Shown in pieces: positions 13,183 through 26,947 of a DNA stretch of 64,000 nt. The notes beneath the pieces were generated by a model. That model worked only from the letters and a program-made list of their open reading frames with translations, was not told where the DNA came from and searched no databases. The position numbers were made by a program, and so were the translations under genes. The DNA comes from Mobula hypostoma. Taxonomy: Eukaryota. Where the stretch lies: positions 72,976,001-73,040,000 of the forward strand of contig NC_086097.1 of assembly GCF_963921235.1 (NCBI RefSeq). Direction: 5' to 3'. How positions within the stretch are numbered: the stretch's first letter is position 1; every line of letters begins with the position of its first letter.

Positions 13183-13741
13183 GAAGGTGAAATAAAGGGA
13201 AAAGAACCAAGGAGAAGCTATCATATCTACCTTGCTATCTCAGATTTGAGTGTTGAGATTGGCGAATATATCAAACAAGCAACTGAACAAAAACATCTTT
13301 ATCAATTTACTATCAGACAACCAATGTATTGGTTGATGGAGGACAGATGGCCAGCCAAATTTCTCATTTTTGATGATGTCTTACTGGAAATGTTTGAGTG
13401 TGTGGAGGATGGTGTTGAATCTTGCTGGTAATAAGGCCAAAGGCAAACTGTTCTGCTGAGAGTGATCCATGCAGGGCAGGAATTTGAATAAGACCCGCCC
13501 CCCCCCCCCCGCCCATGCAATCGTGTCCCAGCAAATAAAATATTCCTGCCTTTTGGAGCCTTGGGATCAGGGGGACAAGAGAAACAGGATATTAGAGTTT
13601 AGTTCATTCTCCTGTATCTTAGTTGTTCAAAACAAATATTCCTTATTTGGTACATGGAATGTTAAAAAATTGAGGCTATGGTTACTTAATATTTCTTTAC
13701 AAATCAAGATGCTTTTTATCCATGTTTTGCCCAATTCTTTT

Positions 13742-13870
13742 TAAAGCAGGAGGATGGTGGAAATCTAAAATATAACAGAGAATAGGGGAGATAGTCAGTG
13801 AGTCAGGCAGTACTAAAGGAAAGAAAAACAGAGTTAATATTTCAGGATGGTGACCTTTCTTCAGAACGAA
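13742..13870 (-). mobile_element. Old PLE-terminus-derived short repeat
   Basis: AAATCTAAAATATAACAGAGAAT...GTCAGGCAG...AACAGAGTTAATATTTCAGG...GACCTTTCTTCAGAAC; a similar relic lies at ~26050-26140. Confidence 0.5.
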
Positions 13871-14092
13871 AAATTGCACTGTATTTTATATGAATCCTAG
13901 GCAAGCTGCATCAACTGCCTGTCACAATACAAGGAATTCAAAATCCTGGAGCCCTTGTATCATTCTTCCCCTTCCCACACCAGTAGCAACTTCCAGCCTT
14001 AAACGTCAACCCACTCTCCTGTTTTGGGCAACCTCTGTGATCCTTTCCTCTGCTGAATGTCTCTACATTGTCTTTGTGTAGTGACTTTTCTA

Positions 14093-14595
14093 GAGCAACA
14101 CATTCCAAATGTTGGAGGATTGCAGCAGGTCAGACAGCATCTATGGAGAGGAATGAACTATCACCATTGTGACCAAGACCCTTCATCAGGACTAGAAAGG
14201 AAAGGGGTTAGAAGCCAGAATAAGAAGGTGGGAGGAGGGGAAGGAGTACAAGCTGAAAACCAGGAGATGTGGAAAGTGAGTGGCTAGGGGAGAAGGGATG
14301 AAGTGAGTAGCTGGGAGATGATAGGTGGAAGAGGTAAAGGGCTGAAGAAGAAGGAACCTGATAGGAGAGGAGAGTGGACCATGAGATATTGGAAAGGAGG
14401 AAGGGCACCAGAGGGAGGTTATGGGTAGGTGATGAGAAGAGAAGGGATAAGAGGAGAGTCAGAATAGGGAATGGAGAAAGAGAAAAAGGGGAGGGGAGAG
14501 ACATCACTAGAAGTTAGAAATCAATCTTCAGGCCATCAGTTTGGAGGCTCCTAGGCAGAATATGAGGTGTTGCTCCTCCAATCTGAAGGTAGCCT
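14093..14595 (-). mobile_element. Penelope-like element 3' fragment (GIY-YIG C-terminus plus terminal repeat)
   Basis: Reverse strand encodes RLEEQHLIFCLGASKLM; purine-rich tract; GACCCTTCATCAGGACT hammerhead remnant. Confidence 0.85.
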
Positions 14596-16999
14596 TAATT
14601 ACTCTTCTTAATGTGCAAGAGATAGATGCTAGTGAGCATGCTGGTGAAATTACAAGCCAAACTTATCAGATTGTCCATCTCTGTACTCAGGAAGGATTTC
14701 AGCAACCTAATCAAAGTTTCCAGCATTATTGGGTTCTTCCCTTGTGTGTTCCACAGTTTACTGTTTGAGTCAAATGACAGCTGGAAACTTCCTCCACCCA
14801 CCCCCATTATTGCTATTTGCTAGGGAACCACATCTTGGAGAGTTTTATGATGATTATCTTTTAATAGACATTGATCATCTTTGGTTATACCTCATTTAAG
14901 CAGTCAAAATCCTAAGCCTCCAAAAAGTTATGACTGAATGGGAATTTAATCATAATAGTTGTAAGTGCAAGATGCTAAAGATCTGAACACAATGTACTGA
15001 CATTCAACTAGACAAGCTTTATGAGTCTCATAAAATTTAACCTGATTTGCACGCAACATTTGGGAAAGAACCCTGCGTTAGTAACTGAATTTAAGACTAT
15101 ATATTTTGAAGAGATGCAAATAAGGAAAATAGATCATTTTATGCGACATGCAAATATTTTCACTAATTTTAGCATAATTGTTAACCATCTGTGCAAAACA
15201 AAGACAATTTATAATTTTGCCTCTATTTGAGTGTTTGCTGGAAACTTAAAACCTTGTCAATCCTCCTATTCCTGATATCATCCTTAAAGCTCTGCATAGT
15301 CAGTGCTTTGTCCATTATCTCATTATCCCACATGAAAATTACCTCCGGTTGTACAGCGGGAGCCATGATTGAACTCCCAGGAGGGTGAGTTGGCATTTAA
15401 ATTTTACATTTTACGGAATGGAATTCCTTTCCTTCAGCTGTTGTTCACCCCAGCTCCCTCTGTTGATGGTACAATGTAATGCGGCACCAAATAATAATTC
15501 TCTTACCATGAATGTCAGGTCACAGATACCTCATCTTCTGTGAAACCAATAGCATCAAATTGTGAGCAATAATTCCCCAGTGTAAATGCTCACCAAAATG
15601 TGTCAGTGTCTGCTAAATGATGCTCTTCTTTATTTTGTGCAATGTAATATTCAAGATCTCAAAGGAGTGAAAAGAGAATTTGCAATTCAGAAATTTTATT
15701 GCAGCTTAATTAGGCAGCAATTTGGAAAATATGTTCCACCTCAGTTTTTGCTATCTGATCTTGTAAATAAGAAAATCTAAATAAACAGCAGAGGTTCATT
15801 CATGAACTAAATCTAGGGTGTATGAAGATAATTAAATGCACTGTGAGTATCACAATTTCTTATTTCACTAACAACTATAAACTTTCAGGATATTGTTCAT
15901 TTATGCTGCTCATTTACAGTGCCGTCTCTATTTGTTAATTGAAAATAGCACTTTCCAAAGTATTTTCATCCAAGAGTGTAACTATACAAGCTTCATTAAG
16001 TACAGGTGGGTCTGTGATATGTGGACTAAAGGAACCATTCATTTTATTATGCAGATAATAGATAGATGTAGATCAGAATCCTATCAAATCAAAACAGTGC
16101 TGATAGATTGTGACCAGATGTGAGGCATAAACTGAAACACATGTGTTCTAAAAATGCATCAACATTCAAAAAAAAATCTCTGAATTTGTTGATGAATGAG
16201 AGTACATCACCACACTCGGTATTCAACAAACTGCAGAGGACAGAATTTGGGTATAAATTTGAGTTTTTTTTTATCAATGGACAAAGCAAATTCTTTGCCT
16301 CAAAAGAAGTTCACGTTTTGCATCCTTTCTGTGCAGCAGAGGCTATGGGCAAAGCAGAGTGTTATTAAACTGCAAAATCACATCAACCTGATTTATGGGC
16401 CCTGATCACGGCTGCTGGGAAAATTACTTTGCGTCACTATCTCAAGGTGACTGCTACCTTCAGCTTCTGCAGGCTGCACACAGAACTCGATTTCCACGGA
16501 AATAACAAAAGGTTTATTGAGCAATTTGTTATAAATTCAAGACTTAATGTGTTACTCTCCCCATATGCAGAACAACAGCTACCTCAACGCAAGATGAAGT
16601 CGGCATGCTGTGCATTTCATTGTGAGCTGCTGTTTTTATTGCTTGAGATACTTTTGTCCTTTATTTCTCATCTGCCTATTTACTGTGATACCTGAAACTG
16701 ATCCTCGCCATTTCTGTATGTATCATTGTCAAATCCGGGGATTTAGCGCTGCTCAAGATGAGGAATTCATTAACAAGGAATGGTGTGACAGTAATGGGAT
16801 CAAGCAGAACAAGGGCAGGTAGAAAACAAGTTAATGAGCCAAAGGTAAATTAAAATTGGTCAAAACCTCACTTCTCCAGAATGCTTCTCCCTACAGGTCA
16901 AAGGATCTGTACTCCGTGCTCTCCAGAACCTTTTGAACATGCACAAGGCACTATCCATAAGTATTTTGGTAAACTCTGCACTTACCTATCAACATTCGA

Positions 17000-17330
17000 G
17001 ATGCTTGATGCTAAAAAAGTGGCCTAGTGAATAGCTGCCTATCCTCTATCTTCAATAGTCAGTCACTCCACCTCAGGTACACTGTGGCACCAGAATGTGC
17101 CACATACAAAATGCACTGTATTTATTTGCTTTGGCCAGTCTGACGACTCTTCTCAAACCCATTGCCTCCACCTACAGGGTCTAAATTGTGGGAACTCACA
17201 GTGAGGATTCCATCATGGAACAAACTGCATCAGTTCAAGGAGGTGGCTCCATGTCACCTTCTCAAAGGCATTTTGGGATGGGAGATAAATATTAGCCTTG
17301 CCAGCAATACCAAGATCTATAAATAAATTT
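17000..17330 (+). mobile_element. Old CR1/L2-type LINE 3' end
   Basis: CAGTTCAAGGAGGTGGCTC...CTTCTCAAAGGCA...GGGATGGG...AAAT...GCCTTGCCAGC; same tail at 43500-43680 (+) and 19530-19700 (-). Confidence 0.6.
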
Positions 17331-17629
17331 ACATGTTTGGGAGGTGATGTAAACATCAAATAAATGTTCTAACTCACCAAACCTACTGGAAGCACAATAT
17401 AAAGCAGTGACAGACCATATATCAGAGATCAGGGTATCAGTAAATCACCGAGAAAGACCTCAGGAGAGCTTTGTGAGTAGAAGAGAGAAGAGGTCAAAAT
17501 GCTATTGTGAAGCTTAGAGGAGCATTCCTTCTTGGGATTTACCTGATGCCAATGCACTTTACCTAATAGTGAAACCACAATATTGGTTCTGCTCTGGCTG
17601 CTAGCTGCCCTAACAGTGTTACCTGAAAG

Positions 17630-18258
17630 TCATCTGGCGAATATATCTCATCCAAGTACGTTGATCTCACGGCTATAAAAGCTCACCAACACTACCACTT
17701 TCTCAAGAGGCTAAAGAAAAGAAATTCAGCATGCTCCTGTCGGCTCTTAACAATTTTTATTGATGCACCAGACAGATGCTTGGTATGACAACTGGTTTGT
17801 ACATATCTGCAGGAAACTGCAGAGGTATGGACACAGCTCAGCACATCATAGGAGACAGCCTCCCTTCTATAGACTCTGTCTGTACCTCTCAGTAAAACAG
17901 CCACATTATCAAAGTCCCCACCCACCCTAGACATTTCTCTCTTCTCCCCGTCCCATTGAGCAGAAGATGTAAATGCCTGGAAGCACATAACACCAGGCTG
18001 AAGGACTGCTTCTATCCTACTCTTAAATGGGCCTTAAGGTGGACTCTTGGCCTCACGATCTACTCATTACAATCTTGAACTTTATCATCTACCTGCATTA
18101 CAGTTTCTTGGTCACTTTCACACTTTATTGTGCATTCTTATTCTTTTATCTTATTCTAGTTCAATGCACCATGTACTGATACATTCTGTATAAAGGGTAC
18201 TCAAGACAATCTTTTCACTGTTTCTTTGTACATGTGACAATAAAATACCAATACCAAA
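17630..18258 (+). mobile_element. Rex1/Babar LINE 3' end
   Basis: KAHQH.HFLKRLK-like region; GTACATGTGACAATAAA tail. Confidence 0.75.
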
Positions 18259-18309
18259 GGACAGCAGTAGTTGATCATGTAGTTCTTGCTGCCTGTTTAA
18301 AATTGGTTG

Positions 18310-18860
18310 GAGGAGTATTAAAACAAGGAAGTAGGTTGAATCTTTATAAATTGAATCATTACTAAGTCACAACTGAAGTGCTACATTCAATTCTGGTTCA
18401 CAAAGAGTTAAGAAATATATAAAAATCCTGGTAATAGTACAGAAAGAATTACCTGAGTGTTTGCAGGGATGAGATTATTTTAGCAGTGAGGTTCAGTTGG
18501 AGGAGCTGAGGATGTTTTCCTTGGAGCTAGTAAGGTTGAGAGGTAATCTGACCCAAATTCATGCTTTAGATAAGGAATATAGAATGAAACTATTTCCATT
18601 ATCAGGAAGCCGAGATTTAAAATGATGGGAAATATTTTCACAGAGAGAGCAGTTTTAATCTGGAATTTAATGAATGAGTTGTCAAAACAGAATCAATCCG
18701 GGCATCAAAAGGCAGCTAGATGGGTACTTCAGGAAAATAATTTACAGGGCTATGGGGAAAAAACAAGGGAATGAGTCTGGATAGATTATTCTACAGGGAC
18801 CCAGAAGGGACAATGAGTCAAATGGTCTCCTTCTGCACTGTAATAATTCTATGGTTCGAT
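18310..18860 (+). mobile_element. Decayed CR1 LINE 3' end
   Basis: Degenerate LEYC.QFW and FSLE..RLRGDL regions plus CR1 tail. Confidence 0.65.
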
Positions 18861-19529
18861 GAGACCTGCAGAAGTGAACAAGGCATCAGAAGCTAAGCCT
18901 CCCAAAAGACTTTACCCTGTCCGGCTGCTGTGCTTCTGCCTGACAGATCAGGTTAAAACATCCCTGAAATTCTGATCAGATTTTTTCTTTCACCTCTCCA
19001 GGAGGTGCTGATGTATTGATCCACTAATTTTCACAGTCTTTTGGCTTTTTTCCCAATGTTCATGTGACAGTTTTCTGAGCAATTTAGCAGAAACACATGT
19101 TGCAGACGATGCAAGCCAGATCTTCATTCTATCCAATCCTTCAAGTGTGTACTTTCCAGCAGGTGCCATGGGATACTGACTGTTTTCCCTCTGCCCTAGA
19201 AAAGATCTCTGAGGCAAACGGAATCATCAAACCACTGACAAAGAGCTGCTCAGGCAATTCTGCTGCAGTGAACAGCCAGTGCTGTTTTCCATTACATTCA
19301 GTGCTGTTTCTTTCCAATTGACAAAAAAAAATTCTAATCTGCGGCATCTATTGGTTTTATTGGGTATCATTAACAGTTTTGTACCAAATTGCAAATCATA
19401 TTCAGAGAGGTAATCGTGTGTGAGAGCTGAAAATATTACAATTATACTGTAGGCATTGTGCTGAAGCTCGATTTAAAGTAAAATGCTAGAATAGAGTGCA
19501 GGGAGCCTTTATTTGATTCAAAGTCATAC

Positions 19530-21420
19530 CACTTTATTCATTTTTGGTATGTGGATATCACTGGCAAGGCCATTATTCTTTGTTTCTCCCTAACTTCCCT
19601 TGAGAAGATAATGGTAAATCACTGCAAGTCCTCTACTGCAGGTACACTTTCAGTACCATTAAATAGAGAGCTCTAGGATTTTGGCCCAGCAAAGGTGGAC
19701 AACTTGTGTGGAAACCTGCAAGTGGTGGTTTTCTGCCGATCCTGCTACCCGTGTCTTTCTTTGTAGCAGAGGGTGAAAATTTGAAGGTTAATGGAAGAGT
19801 AGCCCATAAGAGTAACTACAGTGGGTTTTGTAGATAGTGAATACTGAAGTCACTCTGCACTGGAGGTAGAGGGAGTAAATGTTTAGGGTGGATGATGGGA
19901 TGTCAATCAAGCAACGACTTTGTCCTGGCTGGTTTTGAGCTTCTTGAAATTTGTTGCAGCTGCACCAATCAAGACCGGAGTGCATTCCACCAAACTCCTG
20001 ATATGGGCCTTGTAAAAGGTGGAAATGGTCTTGGGTGTCAGGAGGTGAGTTGTTTACCATGGGACATCTCTTGGAGCCACAGTACTTAAGTAAATGGTTC
20101 ATGCTATCTCAATGTCAAGAGCAGTTACTCTCGCCTTATCGCTTAAATTCAATAGAGACAATGAGTCATTGAGTACTACAGCACGGGCCCTTCAGCCCAA
20201 CTAGTCCGTGCTGGCTTAGTTTTCTGCCTAGTTCCACCTAGCTGTATCTACTCCATTGTTCTCCATACCACTTTCATCCATGTACCCGTCCAAACTTCTC
20301 TTAAATGTTACAATTGAATCCCACATCTTCCACTTCTGCTGGCAGCTTCTTCTGCACTTGCACCACCTTCTGAGTGAAGAAGTTTCCTCTCAGATTCCCC
20401 AGAAATATTTCATTTTTCGTCGTAAACATCTAGTTCTAGTTTCACCCAACCTCAGCAGAGAAAAACCTGCTTGCATTCACCCTATGTATACTCCTCATAG
20501 TTTTGTATATCTCCATAAGATCCCCCCTTATACTCATGGACTCCACTGAATGAAGTCCTAACTATTCAGCCTAACCCTGTAATTCTGGTCCTCAAGCCTC
20601 AGCAATAATAGTAACATTGCAGGACGTAAACTCACTGATAATAGTGCCATTGAGCATCAAGGTAAGTGGTTATGCTCTCCTGGATTGGAAATCATTATTG
20701 CACCATAATTTTTGTGTTACCAATGATATTTTCCACTTATTTACTCATGCTCAAACTATGTCAAAATCTCACTACATCTGGGTATAGACTGATTCATTTC
20801 ATAAGGACTTGTAAACAGAATTGAATATTATGTAGTCATTAGCAAAGTTCTCGACTTCTAAGGTCATTAAGGAAACAACTGAAGTGATTGGGACTGGGAG
20901 ACAACCCCAAGGAACTCCTCAGATGATGTCTTAGATCTATGATAATTAACCTGCAACAATCACAACCCATTTCCTTTTGTGCAATGTACGATTCCAACCA
21001 TCAGAATGCTTGCCATTTGATGCCCGCTGACTTCAGTTTTACCAGGACTTCTTGATGCCACACTGTCTCAATGTCATGAGCAGTTACTCTCTCCTCACTT
21101 CTGAAAATCAGCGCTTTGGACTATGTGATAAGGTTTGGAGCCAAGTGATCACAGCAAAACACATACTGGGACTCTGAGCAGCTACTCAGTGAGTATCAAT
21201 GAATATTGCACTGCAGGCAACAGCTCAATCATCAACAGATGATAGTTGGCAATCATCTGATAATGAATGCAACCACACTGATTGGAAAGAGATGAGCTGT
21301 GTGGAATTTATTCTGCTTATTGTGAATGCACCATTTCTAGACATCTTCTACTCCATCAGGAAAATACCAGTGTTATAGCTTCTAAAAAACGTTGCTGAGG
21401 GGAACAACTACTTCTGAAAG
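19530..21420 (-). mobile_element. Old CR1/L2-type LINE with a nested CR1 3' fragment at ~20155-20605
   Basis: Reverse of the 17000 tail at the left end; RT remnant reading GVPWGCLPVP on the minus strand near 20890-20920. Confidence 0.6.
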
Positions 21421-21589
21421 ATAAATTTTCAGTAGCACTGCAAGTTATCGCTGGTCCCATAGCTTTTTAATTAACTCATGCAAAATGTGGTTTGGTGTTT
21501 CATTCACCTCAAAGAAAATGGAGATGGACGTTGGAAACTAATGCCTTTATTTTGTACTGTTACTCAGTATTCAACCAGTTGGATGTTGC

Positions 21590-22666
21590 TGCACAGTACC
21601 AAAAGAGCGCTGCTTTGCCTCTGGTGCTACCATTCTGATGAGACAAACCAAGGCCTTGACTTTAAGCTAAGGTAGACCCAAAAGGTCCAGGCATGCTATT
21701 TGAACAGGTAACGAAAGGTAAGTTACCAGCTCATGAGGCAATATTCATTTCTAAATCAGGGAAAGGTGATTATCAGATCGTTGTCAATTTGAGATTTGTG
21801 GGAACTTGCTATGTGGCAAAGGACTAGTGCATTCCCTGTCATGGTCCGGTTCAAAGTCCGCATTCTGGTTCACGGTCTGGTCTGTGGTCTCCGGACTCCG
21901 GGTCTTCCGGCTGTCCCTTGTTTCAGTTGGACTTAACCATAAGGACCTGATGCTCAACTTGGGGCTGGGAATATAAGTGGCCCTGGAATTGGGTGTGGTT
22001 GCTGTGTCATCTTGTCAGTCTCCCCTTGGAGCAACCCACTGGTGGAAGGCTAGTGCATTCTTTGAGATATGGATTTGTCTGTTCTGCATCCTGCTGAGGT
22101 TACTGGCCACCTCGAGTCCTGTAGCTCTCTTCCTGTCCCTTGCCTCCATTAGGTAAGCCAGGCTGTTTGCTGTTACCCTGTGGTTGGGTCTATTCCTCCC
22201 TGTCCTTGCTTCTGTGGAGTGGAGTCCCACGTCCTGCCCAGGAGTCCCCTCAAAGTACCCTTGCCTCATCATGTCCTCGTCTAGCCTCCAGGAACCCAAG
22301 CCTCGTTATGTCTTTGGCTAGCTTTGAGGTCTGAGTCCGAGTCAAGACCCAGGTTCTGGGTCCTTGTCCAGTCTCTGGCTCGGAGTCTGCACCCAGGCTC
22401 CTTGTTCCCAGTCCTTGTCCTGCTTCCCTAGCCTAGTCTGTGTTCCTGTCCCTACTCCTAGTCTGAGTCCTGTCCCATCATTTAGTTTTGTCTGTTCCTG
22501 TTCCTAGTACTTCAGTGTCTGTGTCTTTCATTTGGGTCTGTTCCCAATGCCCCCCATTATGACATTCCCTGCATTACGTGAGTGACAATATATCAGAACA
22601 GCAGATCATTGACTGTAAATGCTTTGAAACATTGTGATGTCGTAAAAGGTGTTATAAAATGCAAGG
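21590..22666 (+). mobile_element. Deu-domain SINE (SacSINE1/AmnSINE1-like), split by a solo LTR
   Basis: GATGAGAC..AAACCAAGGCC, GATTATC, TTTGTGGGAACTTGCTATGTG, then TCATTGACTGTAAATGCTTTG...ATAAAATGCAAG resemble the DeuSINE consensus as I recall it; the halves rejoin across the LTR TSD. Confidence 0.65.
21837..22564 (+). mobile_element. Solo LTR (728 bp)
   Basis: TGTCAT...ATGACA inverted ends; 5-bp TSD TTCCC at 21832-21836 and 22565-22569; TATAA at ~21972 (strand tentative). Confidence 0.85.
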
Positions 22667-25403
22667 CTACCATCGTGGCTGAAAGATTATAGCTGGGAGC
22701 ATTGTATAGAAAGGAGAAGCAGGAAGGCAGAGGGGGTGGCATTGCTCTGCTGGTAAAAAATGAAATCAAATTATTAAAAAGAGATGACATGGGTAAAAAG
22801 GTGTTTAATCATTCTGGATAAAGCTAAGGAACTACAAGAGTAAAAAAAGAACCTGACTGGAGTTGTATACAGACCCCCAAACAGTAGTAAGGATGTGGCC
22901 ATTACAATGGGAGATAGAAATGGCATGCCAAAAGGGCAATGTTACAAAAGTCATGGGGTCTTCAATATGCAGGTCAGTTGGGGAAAATCAAGTTGGTACT
23001 GGATTACAGGTACTGAATTCAAGAGTGCCTACGTGATGGCTTTTTAAAGCAGCTTGTTTTTGAGCCCACTAGAGAATCAACTATTCTGGATTGAGTATTG
23101 TACAATGAATCAAAATCAATTAGAGAGCTTAAGGTAAAAGAATCCTTTGGGGCAAGGGATTATAATATAACCAAACTCACCCTGAATTTTGAGGAGAAGC
23201 TGAAGTTAGATGTATCAGTATTACAATGGAGTAAAGGGAATTACAGAGGCACGACAGAGGAGTTGGCCAAAATGGATTGGGAAAAGAACTCTGGCAGGGA
23301 TGATGGCAAAGCAGCAATGGCTGAAATTTCTGGAAGCAATTCAGAAGACACAGGATATATAAAGATATACATAATGAGCAAGAAGTATTCTAAAGGAAAG
23401 ATGACACAACTGTGGTTAACAAAAGAAGTCAAAGATAACATAAAAGCCAAAGAGAGGGCATATAATAGAGCAAACATTATTGGGAAATTAAAGGATAGGG
23501 AAGCTTTTAAAAACCAACAGAAAGCAACTAAGAAAGTCATTAAGAAAGCAAAGATGGAATATGAAACTAAGCTAGCTATTAGTATTAAAGAGCATGCCAA
23601 AAATTTCTTCATACACATAAAGTGTAAAAGAGAGGCGAGAGTGGAAATCTGACTGCTGAAAGACAATGTTGGAGAGGTAGCAATGGGGGACAACAAAATG
23701 GTGGACAAACTGAATAAGTATTTTGCATCATTCTTCACTGTGGAAGATACTAGCAGTATGTTGGAAGTTCCAGAGATCAAGGGTCATGAAAGGTGTGAAG
23801 TTACCATAACTAGAGAGAACATTCTTGGAAATTGAAAGGTCTGAAGGTAGATAGGTCACCTGGTCAAATGGTGTACACACCAGAGTTCTGAAGATGTGGC
23901 TGAAGAGATTGTGGAATCATTAGTAATGATCTTTCAAGAATCACTAGATTCTGGAATGCTCCTGGAAGACTGGAAAATTGCAAATGTCACTTCACTATTC
24001 AAGAAGGAAGAGAGCCAGAAGAAAGGAAACAATAGGCCAGTTAGTCTGACCTCAGCGATTGGGAAGATGTTGGAGTCGATTATTAAGCACGAGGTCTCAG
24101 GGTACTTGGAGGCACATGATAAAGTAGGCCATATTCAGCATGGTTTTCTCAAGGGAAGATCTTGTCTGACAAATCTGTGGAGTTCTTCAAAGAAATAACA
24201 AGCAGGATAGACAAAGGAGGAATGGTTGATGTTGTGTACTTGGATTTTCAGAAGGCCTTTTTCAAGGTGCCACACAGAAGGCAGCTTAACAAGCTACGAG
24301 CCCATCGTATTGCAGGAAAGATTCAAGTATGGATAAAGCAGTGGTTGATTGGCAGGAGGCAAAGAGAGGGAATAAAGAGCCTATTCTGATTTGCTGGTGG
24401 TGACTAGTGGTGTGCAACAGGATCTGTGTTGGAAATGATTCTTTATATGTTATGTGTCGATGATTTGGGTGATAGAATTGATGGCTTCATTGCAACTTTG
24501 CAGACGGTATGAAGATAGGTGGAGGGGCAGGTAGTTTTGAGGAAGTAGAGAGGCTACAGAAGGATGGACAGATTGGGAGAATGGGCAAAGAAATGGCAGA
24601 TGGAATACAGTGTCAGGAGGTGTGTATGGTCATGCACTTTGGTAGAAGAAATGAAATGGTCAACTATTTTCTAAATGAAGGGAAATACAAAAAAACTGAG
24701 GTGCAGTGGTACTTGGGAGTCCTTGTGCAGGATTCCCTAAAGGTTAATTTGCAGGTTGGGTGGTTGAGTCTGTAGTGAGGAAGGCAAATGCAATGCAAGC
24801 ATTCATTTTAAGAAGACTAGGATATAAAAGCAAGTACGTAATGTTAGACTTTATAAAGCACTGGTGAGGCCTCACTTGGAATATTATGAGCAGGTTTGGG
24901 CCCCCTATCTTAAAAAGGAGGTGCTGAAACTGGAGAGGGTTCAAAGGAGGTTCACGAAAATGATTCCAGGATTGAATGGCTTGTCATATGAAGAGAGTTT
25001 GATGGCTTTGGGCCTGCATTCACTAGAATTCAGAAGAATGAGGGCTGACCTCATTGAAACCTAGCAAATGGTGAAAGGCCTTGATAGAGCGGATGTAGAG
25101 AAGATGGTTCCTATGATGGGAAGGTCTAAGACCAGAGTCTCAGAATAGAACAGCGATAAGGAGGAATTTCTTTAGCCAGAGAACAGGGAATCTATAGAAT
25201 TCTTTGCTACAGGCAGCTGTGCAGGCCACATCTTTATGTATATTTAAAGCAGAGGTCAATTAGTCAGGGCATGAAGGGATACGGGAAGAAAGCAGGAGAT
25301 CGGGGCTGGGAAGAAAATTGGATCAGCCACTATGAAATGACAGAGCAGACTCGATGGGCCAAATGGCCTAATTCTGCTCCTTTCTCCTATGGTCTTGTGG
25401 TCT
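22667..25403 (+). mobile_element. CR1 LINE, 5'-truncated ORF2 (endonuclease and RT) with 3' tail
   Basis: [64 protein letters not shown]; many frameshifts. Confidence 0.95.
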
Positions 25404-26887
25404 TTCTATTTGCCATTTATCCTGCATTACAGAAGATAAAAACTAAAACAAAAAATGCTGGTGGATGTCTGAAATTTGAGGGTCACTTCACAATTCTTTT
25501 CAATCACTGTTCAAATGATATATTATTCCACAAATGTATCAACTGGAAAACATTCATTATCAACTTATTGGTTCAAAGCATTTCCCATTTTGCATTGGTG
25601 GTTATTATGCTGTAGCCAAAATGAAAAAATGTAGGAATTAGTAATAGAAATTTTTTTTCCATATGATATCTATTATAATAAATTAATTAAAATAAATGTC
25701 CTTTCTGAACATGTAGGTAAGTAACCCTGTGAGGGACAATGAGGAAGCCACTAATGTTGAAGGATGAAATAGGAACTCACCTGGGCCTGAGTGTTGGAAG
25801 TGCACTTTATTGAAAATAAATGTTAAAGTCTCAAGTAAAAGAACAGTTAGACTTTGAATTCCATGTATTGAAAAAATGTTCATCCAGCTTTGTCAATCAA
25901 GGGACCTTTTCTTCCTCTGATATTCATTTTCATTAAATACTTTCTGGAAAGATATTTTGAATAAATGTTGAATGGAGATGGTAAAAGCTTTTAAACCAAG
26001 GATATATAAATAGAAAAATATACTGAATACAGAAATTTGTTTCAAAACAAAAGACAAAAAAAGGCTGGAAATACTCAGCAGGATTTGCAAATAGAGAGAC
26101 AGAGTTAACATTTCAGCTTGATTTTGACAGAACTGGATCAACTTAAAGTACAGAGGTAGAGAGGAAAGAGGCATGTAAAGAACAAAATTCAGTATTGTTG
26201 AGAAAGGTAGATAGGAGAGATTAAATGATTGAAGGGGGGTGTTAGTGGGATTTAAGACAAGAAATTGTTCCAGGTAAAATTCTCATTCTTATTTCAAACT
26301 TCTCTATAGACTTGACCTCCCAAGTCTCTAATCTCATAAAATATTTCAATACCTCTCCAATTCTGATCCCAGGACATCCCTAATTTTAATCACTTCACCT
26401 TCACCACACCTTCAGCTACTGGCCCCTAGCACTAGAATTTCTTCCTTAAAACTCCTCACCTCTCTTTCTCTCTTAAATATACATGCAAATTTAACTCCTT
26501 GACCAAGCTTTTCATCATCCGCCCCAATATTTCCATAGGTGGTGCAGTTGTAAATTTTGTTTCATAACACTCCTGTGAAGTGCTTTTTAAATGTTTTACT
26601 GTGTAAAAGATGCTAAATAAATGCAAGTTGGTAATGGATCCTCATTAAAAAAAAATGAGCTGCTGTTCCTTAAACTAACATTGAGGTTCATTTGACCTTT
26701 TGGATTACAAAGGACACAACGGACAAGAATGGGTTTTGGACAGAGAATTAAAGTGACAAGAGCAATAAGTCAGGGCCACCCCTGTAACTAATCAAAATTG
26801 TTCCAAAAGATAACCAACTAATCTATAATATACCAGAATGAAAGAAATATGTGAGTCATGGCATCACCTAGTTCCTGTAACGAAACC

Positions 26888-26912
26888 AAATTTCCCTTGG
26901 GATTAATAAAGT

Positions 26913-26947
<35 letters not shown>
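26888..26947 (+). repeat. (CTAT)n microsatellite, probably the tail of a Rex1-type LINE remnant
   Basis: AATTTCCCTTGGGATTAATAAAG followed by (TATC)~8. Confidence 0.8.

Noticed and set aside
21229..21266. Small hairpin CAGATGA...TCATCTG
   Set aside because: A 7-bp stem inside a decayed LINE is expected by chance
23241..23780. 179-aa hydrophobic ORF, and the similar one at 58280-58810
   Set aside because: Antisense of A-rich CR1 ORF2; the hydrophobicity is compositional
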